Source of the DNA: Candidatus Electrothrix yaqonensis
GTDB taxonomy: Bacteria; Desulfobacterota; Desulfobulbia; Desulfobulbales; Desulfobulbaceae
Direction: 5' to 3'
Assembly: GCA_047651235.1 (NCBI GenBank)
Contig: CP178758.1
Span: 2,880,001-2,912,000 of the forward strand
Length of the DNA: 32,000 bases
In this document: one piece after another, positions 6,758 through 14,429 of the stretch
Layout of the letters: each line of letters begins with the position of its first letter
Numbering within the stretch: the first letter of the stretch is position 1
The notes under the pieces: model-generated
What the model saw: the letters and a program-made list of their open reading frames with translations, nothing else
What the model was told of the DNA's origin: nothing
Databases searched by the model: none
Position numbers and translations under genes: made by a program

Positions 6758-7342
6758 TTACAATGAGGGTTTGATAATCGGTAACAGCTTATCAAAGGTT
6801 CTGCCTGATCCCCAATCGCCAAGCGCTTTGAATTTCCAGTCACTGTTGTGGCGATAGAGCTTGGCGATAACAAGGCCCGTGTGTCCACCTCCCTGCACGC
6901 TGAGATCATACTTTGCAATAACATTACCCGTTTTATGATCCTTTAAGAGACAAAACGCATTGGGAATCCCGTCAAACGAGTCGCTGGAAAAGCTGTTGAC
7001 CGTGAAAACAAGGGTGGAAATATGTTTCGGAACAGCATTGAGCCGGACAACAATCTCTTCATTCGGATCGCCTGCTTGGCCCCCGCCTGTCAGGTCATCT
7101 CCGGTATGCAGGATCGAGCCGTCCTGACTTTTAAGCTGCCGAAACCAGACAGCATCCTGCAGGTTTTTATTTTCGTCAAACAGCAGACAGGAGGCATCCA
7201 GATCAACGTCCACCATTTTGGTGCGCCCCAGAAATCCTTTGGTCTTTTTCTGCCCCCAACCGAGTCCGAGGACAGCATCCGTTAAACTGGGAGCCTCTTT
7301 TGCGAGGGAAATGTTGGCGCCTTTTGTGAGCTTAATAGCCAT
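6758..7342 (-). CDS. terZ: TerZ-like TerD-family protein
   Basis: MAIKLTKGANISL...GLGWGQKKTKGFLGRTKMVDVDLDASCLLFD...AVWFRQLKSQDGSILHTGDDLTGGGQAGDPNEEI.V.L...FTVNSFSSDSFDGIPNAFC...GGHTGLVIAKLYRHNSDWKFKALGDWGSGRTF. The basic K-K-x-GF insertion and the WFR/FTVNSF/NAFC motifs are characteristic of TerZ. AAGGAG RBS present. Confidence 0.8.
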   Translation of the reverse strand: MAIKLTKGANISLAKEAPSLTDAVLGLGWGQKKTKGFLGRTKMVDVDLDASCLLFDENKNLQDAVWFRQLKSQDGSILHTGDDLTGGGQAGDPNEEIVVRLNAVPKHISTLVFTVNSFSSDSFDGIPNAFCLLKDHKTGNVIAKYDLSVQGGGHTGLVIAKLYRHNSDWKFKALGDWGSGRTFDKLLPIIKPSL

Positions 7343-7628
7343 GACAGCACTCCTTTTGGACTAAATTAAATAATTTCAAACTACTTAAAAGATAATTGTC
7401 TACATACTGAGACGGTATTTGTCAAGCATTATTGTCTGCTGCTGCTTTTTACGCCCTCTGTTTTAAACGCAGAAAAAAGCTGGCCAAGTTGATTGCTCAG
7501 ACAGCTGAAGCATTACCATCGGATATTATGCAGGATGCTGTGTTGTATTTTGCAGAGGGAAAAAAGGCAGCACGAGGTAAGAGAAAGACCGCAGACAAGA
7601 GGAGAAGGAGGAACGGATCAGAAAAGTA

Positions 7629-8324
7629 TCAGGGCTGCCAGCGGTACCCCATGCCATATTCAGAACGGATTGCTTTGAAGTCCGGGTCAATTTCATGAAA
7701 TTTATCCCGTATCCGGCGGATATGGGCTGCAATGGCATTGTTGGTGACAATAACATTGGCCGCCTCCATGAGCTGCTCATGATTTTTTACATGCCCGGGA
7801 CGTTTGGCCAGACAGAGCAGTATCCAGAATTCCGTCAGGGTAAGGCTGATCGGTGTTCCCTGCCAGTAGACTTCCTTGCGGTCTTCATCAATCCGCAGTT
7901 CCTGGTGTTCAATGATTTTGTTTTCCGTATTGCTGCTGCTGCGCAACGCCTCCACAGTGCGAAACATCGCGGAAATGCGGGCAGGAAGGAAGTCCAGAGT
8001 CGTGGTATCCTTGGTCAGGTAATCCCAGGCCCCGAGCCGTAGGCCGGAAACCCGGTCCAAGTCAGAGTTACGGGCAGTCAGAAAAATAATGGGGATAACC
8101 GGAGACAGGGTGCGCAGATGCTGGCAGAGGTCAAAGCCGCCCGCTATATCCTCGCCGAGCATGACATCCAGTATGGCGAGATCAGGCAGTGAGCGGTTAA
8201 AAGCGGCCATTGCTTCAGGTTTGCTGCTGTAGGCGGTTACCTCGTAGCCTTCGCGGTGCAGAGCCTGAGCATAGTTGGCCTGCAGTCGCGGGTCATCTTC
8301 AACAAGAGCAATGCGGTAGGTCAT
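7629..8324 (-). CDS. OmpR/PhoB-family response regulator (REC + winged helix); no kinase gene adjacent
   Basis: REC motifs: IALVEDD, PDLAILDVML, IIFLTAR, DYLTKD. The C-terminal trans_reg_C pattern reads ..ISLTLTEFWILLCLAKRPGHV...LME.........AIAAHIRRIRDKF......I.SEYGMGYRW. Confidence 0.9.
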   Translation of the reverse strand: MTYRIALVEDDPRLQANYAQALHREGYEVTAYSSKPEAMAAFNRSLPDLAILDVMLGEDIAGGFDLCQHLRTLSPVIPIIFLTARNSDLDRVSGLRLGAWDYLTKDTTTLDFLPARISAMFRTVEALRSSSNTENKIIEHQELRIDEDRKEVYWQGTPISLTLTEFWILLCLAKRPGHVKNHEQLMEAANVIVTNNAIAAHIRRIRDKFHEIDPDFKAIRSEYGMGYRWQP

Positions 8325-8370
8325 GGGGAACTTGGCAGGCTGATTCTAAAAAGGACTATCCTGAATTTCT

Positions 8371-8425
8371 CTTTACACATCTTTACATGCACTATAAAGT
8401 AAAATACTTCATGGCACATGTAAAG
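8371..8425. promoter_or_regulatory. CTTTACA repeats upstream of the response-regulator gene (two direct copies 10 bp apart plus one inverted copy)
   Basis: CTTTACA occurs at 8371-8377 and 8381-8387, and TGTAAAG at 8419-8425, 47-101 bp upstream of the start codon at 8324. A 10-bp phasing is typical of OmpR/PhoB-type tandem half-sites. Function is not demonstrated. Confidence 0.3.
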
Positions 8426-8476
8426 AAATACCTCTTCTTCTTTGATTACTTTGATTAGTTCTACAGGGCCTTCCTG

Positions 8477-9139
8477 TCAGTACGGTCGCTGACCGGCCAT
8501 GTTGCCGGACGGAGTATACTGACAGACCCAGATCTGCCCTTTATTGCCACAGACCGCCACGGCGCAGCCGACCTCTGTTGTGCTTTTCCAGACAACCTGG
8601 GTATAATGCCCGCAGACGCTGTGGCAGCTGTTGTCTTCATAATCGTAATATTTATTTTCACTGCCCCAGGAATCAACCACCTTCTGTGCTGTAAACGCCT
8701 GTACGGCCGCATTGCCGTCGGAGCTGGTTATCGGTCCGACCCAGTACAAATTTTCTCCGTAGTCACCACCGTGCGTACTGTGCTGCATCCTGCAGTTGTT
8801 TCCTGCCAGATGATCTGCCCATTGCTGCGAGCTGCGGGCCAAGCTGTCCGACCATCTGAGAGCCGGTACACCGATTTGAGAACGCCATGTATTATGGGCT
8901 GCTGTCATTGCCGATGGTGTAAGAACCGGGGAAACCGGGCGGCTCTCTGTGACTGCCGCTTCGGCAACCGGTCTGTTTCTCATAGAATTGAGAGCCGGGC
9001 TGGCCCCTGTGGCTGTTGTTTCGGCAATCGGTCTGTTTTCCATAGCGCATCCTGCTCCAGAGAGGCAGGAAAGGGTGACAATGAGTACTCCGTAATAAAG
9101 CGGTCTGTTAGGCATTGTGGTTGATCGTTGCATGATCAA
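8477..9139 (-). CDS. Secreted CAP/SCP/PR-1-like domain protein
   Basis: An N-terminal hydrophobic signal (..LYYGVLIVTLSCLSGAGC..) is followed by a short tandem peptide repeat (MENRPIAETT / MRNRPVAEAA, visible as a DNA repeat at about 8950-9050). The CAP domain then reads ..AHNTWRSQIGVPALRWSDSLA..AQQWADHLA......H.....GENL......VDSW..E...Y........C.HYTQVVWKSTTEVGCA......IWVCQY.P.GN. Alternative starts exist at 9133 and 9115. Confidence 0.8.
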   Translation of the reverse strand: MIMQRSTTMPNRPLYYGVLIVTLSCLSGAGCAMENRPIAETTATGASPALNSMRNRPVAEAAVTESRPVSPVLTPSAMTAAHNTWRSQIGVPALRWSDSLARSSQQWADHLAGNNCRMQHSTHGGDYGENLYWVGPITSSDGNAAVQAFTAQKVVDSWGSENKYYDYEDNSCHSVCGHYTQVVWKSTTEVGCAVAVCGNKGQIWVCQYTPSGNMAGQRPY

Positions 9140-9302
9140 TCTCCTTCTAATATATTGGGATGCTGTTGGGAACCGGGAGTCGGTTCAGTGGAAATCCAGG
9201 GATGAATACCCTGTATTGTGCAGCGTACTTAAAGGGTTATTTCCGTTTTTGACTTCCCCGACCGTTTGGGACGGGGAAGCTCATTGGAATAACACGCTTA
9301 AG

Positions 9303-9372
9303 TTACTTAAACTCGTATCCCAAGATAAAGCCGTTGTCCGCTCTGCTGGAATGACACCTGCTACAGTTGCTT
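9303..9372 (-). pseudogene. Remnant of the 3' end of a second cytochrome P460-like gene
   Basis: Minus-strand translation ..SNCSRCHSSRADNGFILGYEFK* parallels the C-terminus of the adjacent gene (..KSCITCHSPMADNDFILVHEFK*), including the CxxCH motif. The DNA similarity is visible by eye. No intact upstream ORF exists. Confidence 0.5.
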
Positions 9373-9450
9373 TCGTTTCGGTTTTCGTTTTCCCGATCAC
9401 GTGGAACGGAGGAATTCGTCAGCATAACTCGTCGGCATAACTTTTCTGGA

Positions 9451-9945
9451 TTATTTGAACTCGTGCACTAGGATAAAGTCGTTGTCGGCCATAGGGGAAT
9501 GACAAGTGATACAGCTTTTGACTTTGCCCGTCTTTATGGGATCACCGGAAGGTCTGTAGTATGCCCAGAACCAGTCACCGGCAGCCGGATTGTATCCTTT
9601 CACCTTGTACATCGCTGTCACCGCCTTTAATTCATTGGCCGGACTGAGATTTTCCTTTACAATAATAGAGCCGTACTGCAGAGGCGGTCCAGTTGATTCC
9701 AATGCAGGTGTGTTGACAAATATTTTATGCTGTGGCGCATGAGGCGCCTTGCTGTTGTATGTCCCCTGGTGATCCGGCCAGAAGGCCCAGTCCTTGTAGG
9801 GCAGGACAGCTGTGATGTAATTCCACAGGGAAGCCGCCTCGGCCTGCGGCAAAGGGGGATCCGTCTGCGGCATCTTTTTATTTGAACAGGCTGAACACAG
9901 CACCATGCCGATAATCAGACAGCCTGAAAGTATTTTTTGAATCAT
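9451..9945 (-). CDS. Cytochrome P460-family haem protein, probable lipoprotein or secreted
   Basis: The likely start is MIQKILSGCLIIGMVLCSAC (signal with a lipobox-like LCSAC). The ORF track's upstream start at 10014 is less plausible. Family-like pattern: ..HKIFVN..A......P.QYGSIIVKEN...AVTAMYKVKGYNPAAGDWFWAYY.PSG....GKVKSCITCH (C-terminal CxxCH). Confidence 0.7.
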   Translation of the reverse strand: MIQKILSGCLIIGMVLCSACSNKKMPQTDPPLPQAEAASLWNYITAVLPYKDWAFWPDHQGTYNSKAPHAPQHKIFVNTPALESTGPPLQYGSIIVKENLSPANELKAVTAMYKVKGYNPAAGDWFWAYYRPSGDPIKTGKVKSCITCHSPMADNDFILVHEFK

Positions 9946-10280
9946 AGGTACCTCCTGAGCATCCTTATTGGTATATCTTTTCGATGAATTAACCGGATAC
10001 CTATATGGTATCATTTTTTGTACAGTATATACAAAAAATTTGCACGCATATTCGGTTCTCCGATGTTTTTTTATTATATCACGACATGCTGTGCCGGATG
10101 CAGAGGAAATGCTGTTTTTCCCGAACCTGCCGTCTGGTGCATCATCAGGCTGTGGATTTTTCCGGCTGCTGATTTTTTGTTTGCAAGGATCAGCCCGTTA
10201 TGCAAGACTTCTACAGCGTTTTTTCAGTCCTGTTCAACAGAGCAGCAGGGCCTTTTTTATGTACAGGGATATAGAATTCA

Positions 10281-10844
10281 ATGAAATGGTTTAAAAAAAA
10301 GGAGAAGTCCCCGGAAGGGGACAATGGAAAGAAATCGGGAAATGAGTCGGTCACCCGCGGTCTGCTGGTCTTTGCCCATCCGACAACGGTTATTGCGGTT
10401 GAAGAACTCCTCCGCGATGAAGGCTACCAGATCAGGGTGGTCAGTCCGCCGCCAGCCTACCGGACCGGCTGCGATCTCAGTGTGGAATTTCCCCTAGAAG
10501 CAGAAGCAGCGATCACCGGACTGCTGAACTCGGTCAACCTGACGCCGCTGGATGTGGTTCCCATTACCTCTGAAGGCATGGAACCCCTGCATTTTGTCCG
10601 CAAAAAATGGTACGGCAAGTACCTGATGGTCCGGGCTGCAAATATGAAAATCACCGTGGATACGGAGACAAAGGTCATTGTCAATATCTCCGGCGGCGGC
10701 TGCCCTGACGTACCGTTTCTGGCGACCTCGCTGATCGGCAAACGGCTCAGTGAGGCAACTGACCTAGCTGAGGTCGGTTTTTCCCTCTGTGCCTATTCAC
10801 TCAACACTGCCCGGGAAGAACTTGTCCGGGAAATAGGAGCGTAA
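10281..10844 (+). CDS. DUF3343-like (putative S/Se-carrier-like) domain protein with an uncharacterised C-terminal extension
   Basis: GLLVFAHPTTVIAVEELLRDEGYQIRVVSPPPAYRTGCDLSVEF resembles the DUF3343 pattern (..F.s...A...E..L...gi....vP.P......CG.a..f). The C-terminal half contains ISGGGCPDVPF. Assigned from memory of the family only. Confidence 0.5.
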   Translation: MKWFKKKEKSPEGDNGKKSGNESVTRGLLVFAHPTTVIAVEELLRDEGYQIRVVSPPPAYRTGCDLSVEFPLEAEAAITGLLNSVNLTPLDVVPITSEGMEPLHFVRKKWYGKYLMVRAANMKITVDTETKVIVNISGGGCPDVPFLATSLIGKRLSEATDLAEVGFSLCAYSLNTAREELVREIGA

Positions 10845-10847
10845 GTT

Positions 10848-11714
10848 ATGTTGCTGTTAGTCGGTGCTGTTCCTGTTGAAGACCTGCCGCTGCTGATCGG
10901 CCCTGTATCATACAGTGAAAAAGGGATAAAGATTGACGGTCACGAACTTGCCATCAACCGGGGCAACGAGGCCATGATGACCTCTGCCTGTATCGTCTGC
11001 CGGGAATACGGAGTCGCGCCGCCCATAGGCATGGTGGCCGGGGATATCGGCAAGCGGGTGGGCAGTCAGGCGATTTATAAACATCTGGCAGAGCATCTGC
11101 CGGAAATAGGGCCGAAAATTATGACCCTTCATTATGTGATGCCGGACCTGAAGCTGAACAAAAAGGTATTGGAGACGGTTGACACGATGGCCGAAAAACC
11201 GGCCATGATTGCGGATGCCGGGAGTATGTACGTGGCCAAGGCCGGCGGGGACGCCCGGTATTACGAGGTGTTCACCCCGGATCTCGGAGAAACCGCTTTT
11301 CTTGCAGATGACAAAGCAGATCACCCTACCTACACCCGTGGGTTTATCTTCAATATGGAACAAGACGTGCCGGAGCTGATCCGCCGGGCCTATGCCGGGA
11401 AAAACGCCACAAAAACCATGTTTGTCAAAGGGGCGGTGGACTACATCTGCCAGGACGGTGAGATTGTCGATACTATTGATCAGCCCAGCATTGAAACGAT
11501 GGAACCCATCGGTGGTACCGGTGACCTGATCACCGGCATGATCAGCGGCCTGATGTATGCCGGGCTCACCCCTCTGCAGGCCTGTCGCATTGCCGGGCGG
11601 GCCAACCGTTATGCCGGACTTCTTTCTGAGCCTACACCGGCAACCCAAGTTGAAGAAATTCTGCGCTTTCTGCCGCAGGCCTTGGAAAAGGCGCAGAAGG
11701 AGGTGGAAGGGTAA
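10848..11714 (+). CDS. YjeF_C / carbohydrate-kinase-fold (NAD(P)HX-dehydratase-like) protein
   Basis: 288-aa ORF beginning 4 bp after the previous gene. The C-terminal ..MEPIGGTGDLITGMISGLMYAGL.. resembles the GG(S/T)GD.L.G.I..L nucleotide-binding motif of YjeF C-terminal domains. Confidence 0.5.
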   Translation: MLLLVGAVPVEDLPLLIGPVSYSEKGIKIDGHELAINRGNEAMMTSACIVCREYGVAPPIGMVAGDIGKRVGSQAIYKHLAEHLPEIGPKIMTLHYVMPDLKLNKKVLETVDTMAEKPAMIADAGSMYVAKAGGDARYYEVFTPDLGETAFLADDKADHPTYTRGFIFNMEQDVPELIRRAYAGKNATKTMFVKGAVDYICQDGEIVDTIDQPSIETMEPIGGTGDLITGMISGLMYAGLTPLQACRIAGRANRYAGLLSEPTPATQVEEILRFLPQALEKAQKEVEG

Positions 11715-11959
11715 TTATCCAGCCTTTGTATCGACACTCCAGCCGTCCGGCAGGAGTGTCGGTATCATTGTTGTACGCCGTATGAATTCAAAGAATCTCG
11801 GCTGACAGCCTCACCATATCTGTCGCAAGCTCGGATATAGTTTCCTCCTCTCAGCAGAGTTATCTTTCATATCCGAAAAGTAAGCATTCAGGAGACAACA
11901 TTCAAGAGGGGGACCATCACAGCCCTGATTAGCGGAAAAGCATCCCCGATGCGCGGGCA

Positions 11960-11995
11960 ATAAAAAACCCTGAACCGAAAAAATCAGTTCAGGGT
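11960..11995 (-). terminator. Rho-independent terminator downstream of tRNA-fMet
   Basis: 9-bp stem ACCCTGAAC / GTTCAGGGT (11967-11975 and 11987-11995) with an 11-nt loop. On the minus strand it is followed by TTTTTTA. Confidence 0.7.
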
Positions 11996-12050
11996 CAAAA
12001 TCAAACTAAAAAAGGCTATATCAGAACATTATAAACCTTTGAGTCTTTTA

Positions 12051-12127
<77 letters not shown>

Positions 12128-12326
12128 ACATGTGAAAATGAATATATAGCAATACGGTCTTCCTGTCAACAGCTAATTCATACCTTTCTATCCATCCTTG
12201 CCGCCCATCACTTTTACTTGAAGAGAGAGGAGACAGAGGGTGCGATTAAAAGTGTAGTTTCCTATGCCGCTTTCCGCATAGTATCCCGATACCTGTTCCA
12301 GTACCCATCTGCACGGTCAACCCTCA

Positions 12327-12553
12327 AGGATATCTGTGCGCGCTCTCTATTTTTCCTGAACCGACAGGCAGGCCCCGGTCATGCAGGGCATCCGGGTACA
12401 CGTCGATCTGGTATTCCTTGACAAAACCGCCGATGGAGGCCACCTCGGAGATGCCGGAGGCCCCCATCAGGGCGTAGCGCACATACCAGCCCTGGATGGA
12501 ACGTAGTTCGGCCGGATCCCAGCCGCCTGCGGGCTTGCTCCCCTGTTGTCCTA
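12327..12553 (-). pseudogene. Short internal fragment of a CusA/CzcA-type heavy-metal RND efflux pump gene
   Basis: Minus-strand translation ..DPAELRSIQGWYVRYALMGASGISEVASIGGFVKEYQIDVYPDALH.. parallels the CusA segment ..[45 protein letters not shown]... Only about 75 codons of a ~1000-codon gene remain, bounded by stops. Confidence 0.65.
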
Positions 12554-12679
12554 TTTTTATCCATCACCACCACCGGCCGCTGTTGAGCTGCGAGCAAAGT
12601 GAGCGGTCCGCGCCATCATTGCATATGAGGCAAATAGCCTGTATAATCACCTTATGAATTGAGGCGAAAAAGAGGAGGC

Positions 12680-13420
12680 ATGGTGAAAAAATACATCTGG
12701 CAACATGCACTGGGATGAGCAGGCACTCTTTGTGCTTATCACGCGATGCAGTTTGAAACAGTATTTTTTGCTCAGTGCCGTCAGTGTCCTGGATTTTGAT
12801 CTGCGGCTGCAGGCGCAGGGGATTATCATAGAAAAGGAGGTCCTCGAAACATCCGCTATTGAAGGAGAGCTGCTTGATCCGGAAGGTGTCCGCTCCTCAG
12901 TGGCCCGCAGGCTCGGGTTGGCATGCAGCTCTGTTCCAGGACGGATATTCCGGTTTCCACCGCATCGTCACCGATGATTGGCGACAGCAGGAAATGGAGA
13001 TCGTTTCCAGGCCGGAAAGACGACAGGCTGTTTCTCCGCTGGCTGAACGGGCCTGTACAGACGGACGGACTCATCAGAGCAGCACTTGCCCATTACCGTT
13101 TTGTCGTTATTCATCCCTTTGACGACGGCAACGGCAGGATTGCCCGAGCTCTGACCGACATGGCCCTAGCCCAGAATGAAGGCTCTGCGATCAGATTCTA
13201 CAGCCTTTCCAATCGGATCATGCAAAACCGGGATGCGTATTATGCTGTTCTGGAACGTTGCTCAAACGGAACAGGGGATATCACCCCCTGGCTGGAGTGG
13301 TTTTTGTGGAGTTTTGAGCAGGCTGTTGTTACTTCGCAGGAACTCATCAACTCTGTTGTAGTCAAGGCTGGTTTCTGGCAGGAATTTGCCGGAACAGAAC
13401 TGATGTCAAGCCCCGACTGA
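12680..13420 (+). pseudogene. Fic/DOC-family (DUF4172-Fic type) gene, eroded by at least 3 frameshifts, an internal deletion and a 3' truncation
   Basis: Family-typical segments lie in four successive frame segments (the first and last share a reading frame). These are MVKKYIWQH (from 12680, with an AGGAGG RBS), WDEQALF...ETSAIEGELLDPEGVRSSVARRLGL, WHAALFQDGYSGFHRIVTDDWR..MEIVS, and ..LIRAALAHYRFVVIHPFDDGNGRIARALTDMALAQ (HPFxDGNGRxxR Fic motif) ...ITPWLEWFL. The RRLGL and WHAALF segments are abutted, so about 40 codons are missing. The ORF ends at the junction with the IS stub. Confidence 0.8.
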
Positions 13421-13692
13421 TTGTATACCTGTTTTTTAAATAAATTGGGATGAATTTTCCGCCAGTTCTTCAGTGCCTCAACCGGAGTGATATGACCGAG
13501 ATTTTTCTGAGGAATATGGTGATTGTAAATACGGAGATACCGCAGCAGCGTTTCCTTAAGCTGACGGGACGATTCAAACTTTGTCTGCCGGACGACCTCT
13601 CCGATTCTGCCGTTGAACCGCACCCTGCCAAAGGCGGCTCTTTCCGCAGAACCGATGGGGCAGCTTTGCCGGACGTTTATGCCGATTTTTTT
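13404..13692 (-). mobile_element. Remnant (last ~90 codons plus terminus) of an IS481/IS3-type rve-integrase transposase gene
   Basis: Minus-strand translation ..RFNGRIGEVVRQTKFESSRQLKETLLRYLRIYNHHIPQKNLGHITPVEALKNWRKIHPNLFKKQVYNQSGLD matches the conserved C-terminal tail of IS481-like transposases (ERFNGRI.EVL....F.S...L...L..Y...YN...PQ.AL...TP..AL..W). The outer end begins TGTCAAG.. (TG terminus). The catalytic core is absent. Confidence 0.55.
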
Positions 13693-13721
13693 TAATAATT
13701 ATTTCAGAGTAAACTGACAAT

Positions 13722-14429
13722 ATGGGAACACGGGCCGTTAAACAACATATTTTGCAGGTGCTGCAGCAGGATGATCTTGGGCAGATTCAGGCCGAACTTA
13801 TGCAGCTGGAAAGCAAGGGTCTGATCAATGCGCTTTTTTCCGGGATCTGTCATGCTGATGAGCGGGTCCGCTGGCATGCCGTTTCCGCTATGGGGACAGC
13901 GGTTGCCGGTCTGGCTGACCAGGAGATGGAGGAGGCGCGCATCATTATGCGCCGGATGCTGTGGAGCCTGAACGACGAGTCCGGGGGCATCGGCTGGGGA
14001 GCACCGGAGTCCATGGCCGAGATCATGTGCCATCATCCCGGACTTGCCGAAGAATATGTCCATATGCTGATCTCCTATATGCGTCCGGATGGTGAGGAGG
14101 AATGGCAGGACGGCAATTTTCTGGAACACGAAATGCTGCAGCAGGGACTGATGTGGGGTGCCGGGCGGCTGGCCCGATGCCGCAGAGAGCTGGTGCTGGA
14201 CAAAGGCATGGAGCAGGATCTGCCGCCGTATCTTGATTCGCCGGATGCGGCAGTGCGCGGTCTGGCGGTCAGGGCAACAGGGCTGCTGGGGCGGACTGTC
14301 AGACCTGACCGGGTGCGTGAACTGGCCAGAGAGGACAACGGGCAGGTCCGGCTGTATGATAACGGGCTGCTCAGCACGGTCTCTGTCGCGCAGCTCGCCC
14401 GGCAGGCACTGGAGGAGCTGGGTTTATGA
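13722..14429 (+). CDS. HEAT/armadillo-like repeat protein (resembles the 'DVU0298 family')
   Basis: 235-aa ORF with high coding quality and a 4-bp ATGA overlap with the next gene. Repeats of the ..D..VR..AV.A.G.. type are present (HADERVRWHAVSAMG, SPDAAVRGLAVRATG). The family name is from memory and unverified. Confidence 0.45.
   Translation: MGTRAVKQHILQVLQQDDLGQIQAELMQLESKGLINALFSGICHADERVRWHAVSAMGTAVAGLADQEMEEARIIMRRMLWSLNDESGGIGWGAPESMAEIMCHHPGLAEEYVHMLISYMRPDGEEEWQDGNFLEHEMLQQGLMWGAGRLARCRRELVLDKGMEQDLPPYLDSPDAAVRGLAVRATGLLGRTVRPDRVRELAREDNGQVRLYDNGLLSTVSVAQLARQALEELGL

Noticed and set aside
9117-9440. 107-aa plus-strand ORF in the CAP-P460 spacer
   Set aside because: The region is better explained as decayed DNA containing the P460 3' remnant on the other strand. 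The ORF has no RBS or recognisable domain.
10908-11648. 246-aa minus-strand ORF
   Set aside because: It is antisense to the YjeF_C-like gene and has no motifs, so it is a shadow ORF.
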